From an uncultured Candidatus Saccharibacteria bacterium (GTDB taxonomy: Bacteria; Patescibacteriota; Minisyncoccia; Phycocordibacterales; UBA918), in the NCBI GenBank assembly GCA_964350645.1, contig CAYGJY010000001.1, positions 326,648 through 390,647 on the forward strand: a stretch of DNA of 64,000 nt, written 5' to 3'. This document shows positions 59,004 to 64,000 of the stretch, one piece after another. The translations under genes were made by a program, and so were the position numbers. Numbering within the stretch: the stretch's first letter is position 1; every line of letters starts with the position of its first letter. Below the pieces are notes generated by a model that ran no database searches, was not told the origin of the DNA, and saw nothing but the letters and a program-made list of their open reading frames with translations.

Positions 59004-59666
59004 TTATAAAGATAGTAATGCTCGCCAATTAGCGTATGGCAAAGCTCCTGAAACAGGTTGCGTCCGACCGTCAGCGAACAAGATGACGCTGAAAGGTGTA
59101 CCGTTTCCACCGAGTGCCTGAGCGGTAGCTACATCAGATGCAATCTGTTGGCTGATCGTATCATCGGTTTCACATGCAGCAAAAGCTTCAGACGAAAGAC
59201 CATATCTCTCGGCTGCCTCTAGAAGATAGGTTCTTGATACCTCTCGATAATTGGCAAAAATATCGTCAGTATACTGCCAGAAAGCTGTCTGCCCTACTTC
59301 CCGAGCCACACATTCAGCTGCTGTCGCTGCTAGCTCAGCGTTACGATGACTCGGTAGCGGTAAGTGTCGAAACTCCCAGTTTATGGTGCCCTCAGACTCA
59401 TCAACAATCCTACGAATTGTTGGGTGTAATTGAGCGCAAAACGGACATTCGAAGTCAGAAAATTCAATAATAGTAGTCTCTGCTTCGGCAGCTCCATACA
59501 TAAGCCGATCGGCGCTATCTCGCTGCGGAGATATAGTATTAGCTGATACAACTGAGCGACCTGTGTTTGATTGGTCGTTCAATCCAGTTACGTACAGTGC
59601 CCCTGCTACCAGTGCAAACCCAATGACTATAGCAAGAGGTGTGTAGTAGGTGGTACTCATGATCAA
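59004..59666 (-). CDS. DsbA-like thioredoxin domain protein (CPFC)
   Basis: An N-terminal transmembrane anchor and IIEFSDFECPFCAQLHPTI. 220 aa. Confidence 0.7.
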   Translation of the reverse strand: MIMSTTYYTPLAIVIGFALVAGALYVTGLNDQSNTGRSVVSANTISPQRDSADRLMYGAAEAETTIIEFSDFECPFCAQLHPTIRRIVDESEGTINWEFRHLPLPSHRNAELAATAAECVAREVGQTAFWQYTDDIFANYREVSRTYLLEAAERYGLSSEAFAACETDDTISQQIASDVATAQALGGNGTPFSVILFADGRTQPVSGALPYANWRALLSL

Positions 59667-59691
59667 TGTAATTAACGTAAATACAAATTAA

Positions 59692-60186
59692 TTAACCTTT
59701 GACAAACACTTCAAAATCTTCCGGTGTCTCTCCTTCAGCCGGCGGAATTAAGTTGACTCGTATGTGGCGGTCCATAAAATGACCGTGAAAAGAAACTTCT
59801 GGTGGACCAGCGACGTCAATCCGAAAGCGCGCCGGGGTAATAACCTCGGCACACGATTCTGCATTGTTAATAACAGCAAAATCTAATTCAATTTCAGGTG
59901 ACGCAGTTTCTATGAGAGTTCCTGATGACGTCAACAAATCGCATGGGGTTGGCATCAGGATCTCACCAACCAAAATCCAGGTGCCATCTTGATAAAAAGC
60001 TTTAGCGTCGACTGCGTCAATATAGTCGTATGGAGTTGTCTGTTCTTTCTCAGCCGCAGCCGTTTGGTCTTCCACAGAGTCAGGCTGCATTTCTTGCTTT
60101 TTAAGAAATGCAAAAGTAAACATCCCAATAACTAGTAAGGCAAATATGACGATAGTGAAAATAATTGATTTTTGATGCATATTCAA
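59692..60186 (-). CDS. Hypothetical secreted/membrane-anchored protein
   Basis: An N-terminal hydrophobic signal-anchor (IIFTIVIFALLVIGMFTFAFL) and a 164-aa length. No motif. Confidence 0.4.
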   Translation of the reverse strand: MNMHQKSIIFTIVIFALLVIGMFTFAFLKKQEMQPDSVEDQTAAAEKEQTTPYDYIDAVDAKAFYQDGTWILVGEILMPTPCDLLTSSGTLIETASPEIELDFAVINNAESCAEVITPARFRIDVAGPPEVSFHGHFMDRHIRVNLIPPAEGETPEDFEVFVKG

Positions 60187-60200
60187 AAGTATATCATTTG

Positions 60201-61883
60201 CTATCTAACAATTTGGTTCTGGCCAACAAAGACGGTGATATTGGGAACTTTAGTTGTTGTGCTCGCCACCTCATCGCTAGTGGTAGCAGTTCGAGCAGAC
60301 AAAAGTGCCCCACCAAATTTTCGGCTAATTTTTAAGGCTTCTTGCGGTACCGACGCATCAAAGACAATTACGGTATTTTTATTGACCCGAGATGTATCGG
60401 CTCTCAGCTCGGAAACAGCATAGCCTGACTCAGTCAGACTGTAGGCAGCATAAGCTGCTGTTCCTGATTTACCACTAGTGTTTACAACCGAAAGTGTGAA
60501 GCGTTGGTCACTTGTTGTAGAGTCACTAGACAAACTGACACCATTAGACAAAGAATCAAAGACGATTTCTTCAGCATTAAGGCTGGTAGTACTATCAGGA
60601 TTATCGATCGATACATCGTAATTCTTATTTTCGTCAGTGACATCTGCAATAAAAAATCCAGAGATAACAATGATCACAATGATACATGCTATGAATCCAA
60701 AAAATAATCGGTATTGTTTAAGAAATGTCACCAGTACTCGAACGACATCCCATAAAGCATGTACGTTTTGCAAACGATTTTTTAAATCGTCAAATCCGTT
60801 CCGTACTGGAGCGGTGATGGTTTTATACTTACTCACTTCAATATCACCAGCACTTACTTTTTGCATAGTTCTGCGTTCTGGATTAACACCAGCCATGAAA
60901 AGCATATGTCTGACATACGTTCTAATCCCAACCACAATAATGAAGATTGCCCCAAACAGACCAGCCAGTGTGAAAAAGAGAGCTTTAAGAGGAACGACCC
61001 AAAAATAAGTGGCCGAGCTAACAAACTGAGTACTACCAGCGCCATATGCAAGCGACACATCAGCTTTGTAGCGACCTATATCCGTAAAAGAGGATTCCCC
61101 TTCCCATGAAAATCTAAAGTTACGAATACTGTTTGGCAATACGTTTCCGAAGTGAGTGCGGTAGTTAATCGGAATTACTCCGCGTTCTTTACCCCACATA
61201 TTGTATATTGTAATTTCACCACGTGGCTGCAAGTGCACATTACCTTTATTTTCAAATCTAAGTTCAAACTCTGCGGCAGGCGACTGTAAAAATGATTGTG
61301 CCACTGAGAACGACCGAATTGTCCCATCTTCAATCACATCACCAGACACTCGCACAAAGAAAAGTGAAGAAACAACTTGTGAAGTTTTAACTGAGAGCTT
61401 ACTACCATCTTCGGCAGTTGGTTGGGTGCTGATAAGAATTGCAGCGAAGTGCCCGCCCGGTGAAGCATCATCAGGTACAAATACACCAAAAGGCACCACT
61501 TTGCTTTGTTCAGCTAAGACCGTCACCGGTGAAGAACTTATTTCTACCCACTCAGCTAACGTTGAACCTTCCGTCATTGATTCCAGTACTGGCAATAGGC
61601 GACCCTGACCCGCCTCACCCTGAGGTTCAAAATTTACAACGCTTGGATACACGACAATATCAAAGGGATTACTATTGATGACTTTCACTGAGGACTGCCA
61701 AATCTGTCCTGGATTAGCAGACATCTCAAACAACGTTGGTGTCACTGCCAGTGAAAATGAGTTTTGAGCGTATGCTACTGGCACCATTAGGCAGCTGACA
61801 AAAAAAATCCCGAGTACAGTAACTAACCGCCAGTTATACAGTGCTTTATTTTTGTTTGAGATTGATATCATGATCTTTATCAT
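60201..61883 (-). CDS. Surface protein with signal peptide, beta-rich extracellular domain and C-terminal membrane/unknown region
   Basis: A signal peptide with an AxA site (LVTVLGIFFVSCLMVPVAYA/QN) and an extracellular domain paralogous to the next gene (shared YPSV-N-x-E block and DUF916-like pattern). Two further transmembrane helices lie mid-protein. The ORF-track start at 61955 is over-extended, and MIKIM at 61883 is preferred. Confidence 0.5.
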   Translation of the reverse strand: MIKIMISISNKNKALYNWRLVTVLGIFFVSCLMVPVAYAQNSFSLAVTPTLFEMSANPGQIWQSSVKVINSNPFDIVVYPSVVNFEPQGEAGQGRLLPVLESMTEGSTLAEWVEISSSPVTVLAEQSKVVPFGVFVPDDASPGGHFAAILISTQPTAEDGSKLSVKTSQVVSSLFFVRVSGDVIEDGTIRSFSVAQSFLQSPAAEFELRFENKGNVHLQPRGEITIYNMWGKERGVIPINYRTHFGNVLPNSIRNFRFSWEGESSFTDIGRYKADVSLAYGAGSTQFVSSATYFWVVPLKALFFTLAGLFGAIFIIVVGIRTYVRHMLFMAGVNPERRTMQKVSAGDIEVSKYKTITAPVRNGFDDLKNRLQNVHALWDVVRVLVTFLKQYRLFFGFIACIIVIIVISGFFIADVTDENKNYDVSIDNPDSTTSLNAEEIVFDSLSNGVSLSSDSTTSDQRFTLSVVNTSGKSGTAAYAAYSLTESGYAVSELRADTSRVNKNTVIVFDASVPQEALKISRKFGGALLSARTATTSDEVASTTTKVPNITVFVGQNQIVR

Positions 61884-62859
61884 CTGATACGGTGTTGCTG
61901 TAAAATAATGGAACGACGTGGTGATCCTCTGGTTCATAATCATCCATTCCGGCATACCGTCGATGTAGCCAAAAGGTAACTATCAGCGCCAACAACAACA
62001 CGATTCCAAAAATAATTGCTAATCGCTGCCACGGAATGACATAAAAGAAAGCAGTGTCATACACGCTAGCAACCTGAGTGGTGCCGTAATCAACTGACAA
62101 AAAGGCTTTGTACTTCCCCAGCATATCAGCTGTTGGCGCAGCGATGACATAGGTTGTTTGTTGACCAGGAGCTAATTGTTCATTATTAGGATTGATAGGA
62201 ATTGCGGCCACTTCTTCTCCCCGGTTATTTGAGAAAATGATTTCTCCTTTTGGAGTTACCTCTGAGCTTCCAGGATTATCTAGCGTATAAGAAATAGCAG
62301 TGTTTTCTGGGGTAGTTACAAACCTATCAACAATAAATTTTTTTAGTTTTAAGAACTCAGTTTTTTCTTGCTCAATTGATAAGGTGACAACAACTCCAGG
62401 GGCGTCGCCACTTCGCGCCTGCTGTTCTGCCTGAGGACGATTAGTACCAGTTCCAAAACCAAGAAATACATGGTACACACCTGGCTTTGCTTCTGGATGA
62501 ATCCTTACTTCCATAGGAATAGTCACCGTTTGCCCTGACTCAACACTTTGTCGGGCTCGAGAGATTGATATCCAACTCGTTGGTGTAATGGTGTTATCTG
62601 AAACTGAAGCTGGTGAAAATTGAGTAATATCACCACCTTCGTCGAGATTAACCTCATTCACTGATGGGTAAATATTAGTGCGGAAATTATTGTTATTGGT
62701 GATGGTAATAAACTCTGTAAAGATGTCTCGCTGCTTCACCTCTCGATCAATCACCAATGGTGTCACTTTATATCCCGTAGCAAAACTAGTAAAGGGTACA
62801 CCTAGAAAAATGAGCAAAAGGATTGAAGTAAAGATATTTTTTGTCAGAGTACTTGTCAT
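61846..62859 (-). CDS. Surface protein paralog (signal peptide, beta-rich domain, C-terminal transmembrane helix)
   Basis: A signal peptide (IFTSILLLIFLGVPFTSFA/TGY), a domain similar to the N-domain of the 60201..61883 gene, and a C-terminal transmembrane helix (LAIIFGIVLLLALIVTFWL) followed by a short charged tail. Confidence 0.5.
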   Translation of the reverse strand: MTSTLTKNIFTSILLLIFLGVPFTSFATGYKVTPLVIDREVKQRDIFTEFITITNNNNFRTNIYPSVNEVNLDEGGDITQFSPASVSDNTITPTSWISISRARQSVESGQTVTIPMEVRIHPEAKPGVYHVFLGFGTGTNRPQAEQQARSGDAPGVVVTLSIEQEKTEFLKLKKFIVDRFVTTPENTAISYTLDNPGSSEVTPKGEIIFSNNRGEEVAAIPINPNNEQLAPGQQTTYVIAAPTADMLGKYKAFLSVDYGTTQVASVYDTAFFYVIPWQRLAIIFGIVLLLALIVTFWLHRRYAGMDDYEPEDHHVVPLFYSNTVSDDKDHDINLKQK

Positions 62860-62866
62860 ATGAAGT

Positions 62867-64000
62867 CTAGAATGCCGGTACGGCAATGTATACCACCTCA
62901 GTGCCATACTCACCAGCTGGCTGTAGTTCAGTCACTTGAAGCTTATACACTATATCAATTGATTCATTAGTTGGCACGGAACTGTGCATGATTTCTTCTG
63001 GTGTAGTGGTTGATAGTTCTGCATAACTGTCGTCTGGGGCAAAGCGAGTTGAACCACCCTCGAGCACATCATCACCAGTGTGATATCCAAAACAACCAAT
63101 TGCCGTTGGTGAACAGCCTGTCGACCAACCCGTCGGGACTTGGTTCGTACCCGTAACAAATGGTATTGCTTCGCCGTAGCTGTTAAGAAGTGGTTGTCGA
63201 GCAAACATCAGCAAACGATACCCTTCAGTTGCTGAGGTATCAACATTTAGCCTATAAATCGCCTCATACTCAGTATCAATTGGTACTGAACCGAATGGAA
63301 TTGATGTTGGCGTAGTATCCACATCTGACGTCACACCTTCACTAACTGTGCCTGAGGTTACACCACTTAATGTAAATGTCAGTTGAGGGCCTTCGATCTG
63401 AATGCTCGGGTAGCTACTTGAAGCAACCAAAATATCGTCCGTACTTACTTCAACCAATCTAAAGTAATAGACCGCATTAGCTCTAGCCCCAGCTTGTCGT
63501 AGTGTAAAGTCGAGTTCAATCGTACCCAAAGCAGGATGAACCAACGTACTGTTTGTCGATGTGGCAATTTCATTAAACGTCCCACAACCAGCTCCAACAC
63601 CACCAGTACACGCGTCAGTATCAGAGATTACTCTTTCTTGAATCAACTGATTATCAACCCCAGCGCCATCGGCATAACACCAGATTGAGTTTGCGGTACA
63701 CGTACTCGTACTCCGCACGAAGGTAGCCCCAAAAGAAAAGTCTGAGGATTCTGAATACTGTAAAGCGAACTTAACGTTATTACCGGTCGCACTCTCTACT
63801 TCACCCACTGATACTCGCAACTTGATTTCATTTTGGTTAGCTATGTCGGTCGGAGTAATATTTTCAGCTGCTAAGCTCGTGACCGGAGTAAGACTGTCAG
63901 CATCGTCATACCAACGCCAATTACTGATCACTGGGGTATACCCTGATGTACGCAAAGTTGGATAGTTGTTGTAAGCATCGAGCAAGGAACCATCACTTTC
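62867..64000 (-). CDS. Cys-containing secreted beta-rich protein, partial (5' end beyond window)
   Basis: The reading frame stays open to position 64000, and the ORF-track start at 63985 is a TTG. Paired cysteines suggest disulfides (TCTANSIWCYADG, CTGGVGAGCG, GCSPTAIGCFGYH). The sequence is T/S/G-rich. Confidence 0.45.
   Translation of the reverse strand, partial: ESDGSLLDAYNNYPTLRTSGYTPVISNWRWYDDADSLTPVTSLAAENITPTDIANQNEIKLRVSVGEVESATGNNVKFALQYSESSDFSFGATFVRSTSTCTANSIWCYADGAGVDNQLIQERVISDTDACTGGVGAGCGTFNEIATSTNSTLVHPALGTIELDFTLRQAGARANAVYYFRLVEVSTDDILVASSSYPSIQIEGPQLTFTLSGVTSGTVSEGVTSDVDTTPTSIPFGSVPIDTEYEAIYRLNVDTSATEGYRLLMFARQPLLNSYGEAIPFVTGTNQVPTGWSTGCSPTAIGCFGYHTGDDVLEGGSTRFAPDDSYAELSTTTPEEIMHSSVPTNESIDIVYKLQVTELQPAGEYGTEVVYIAVPAF

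Overview
This 64 kb window is a gene-dense, mostly minus-strand chromosomal segment that uses the standard genetic code. Many proteins are reduced in size: a 662-aa AlaRS without the C-terminal domain, a 426-aa UvrC without the HhH tail, short ATP synthase epsilon and delta subunits, and many small membrane proteins including DUF5671-like ones. I infer a CPR/Patescibacteria-like or similarly streamlined Gram-positive-like lineage, but I could not confirm this.

Core content I can support:
- Translation and tRNA genes: alaS, leuS, mnmA, ychF, tgt and one tRNA-Ala(UGC).
- A complete F1Fo ATP synthase operon in the order atpB-E-F-H-A-G-D-C.
- Nucleotide excision repair: uvrA, uvrB and a short uvrC.
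- A cell-wall block of murF-ddl-ddl, plus mltG.
- An RND efflux pair (membrane fusion protein and permease).
- Other enzymes: pgm/pmm, pepF, an FKBP isomerase and a CapA-like phosphoesterase.
- Two separate extracytoplasmic thiol-disulfide modules: a DsbB-like protein with a CPHC thioredoxin-like partner, and CcdA with TlpA-like and DsbA-like proteins.

Accessory or unusual content:
- A three-gene unit (single-domain response regulator, a 972-aa membrane protein with a histone-H1-like lysine-rich N-terminal tail and thrombospondin-type-3 Ca-binding repeats, and a histidine kinase) sits between uvrA and uvrB.
- A strongly AT-rich, apparently foreign gene with an Rx4H (HEPN-like) motif overlaps the uvrB start.
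- An ATP-cone domain fused to a Mrr-like PD-(D/E)XK nuclease overlaps the mnmA start.
- A tight operon contains a Cas4-like 4-Cys nuclease, a C-terminal-domain-only MGMT alkyltransferase, a coiled-coil protein and a stand-alone SpoT-type HD hydrolase.
- MurF carries a transmembrane N-terminal region and is followed by tandem Ddl paralogs.
- A family of perfect GC-rich inter-genic palindromes with GAA or AAA loops recurs.
- A 366-nt non-coding gap contains a possible 51-aa membrane micro-ORF.
- A cluster of paralogous signal-peptide surface proteins ends in a Cys-rich secreted protein cut by the window edge.

I found no CRISPR array, no rRNA and no clear integrase or transposase. All coordinates are read by eye and may be off by ±1–2 nt in places.
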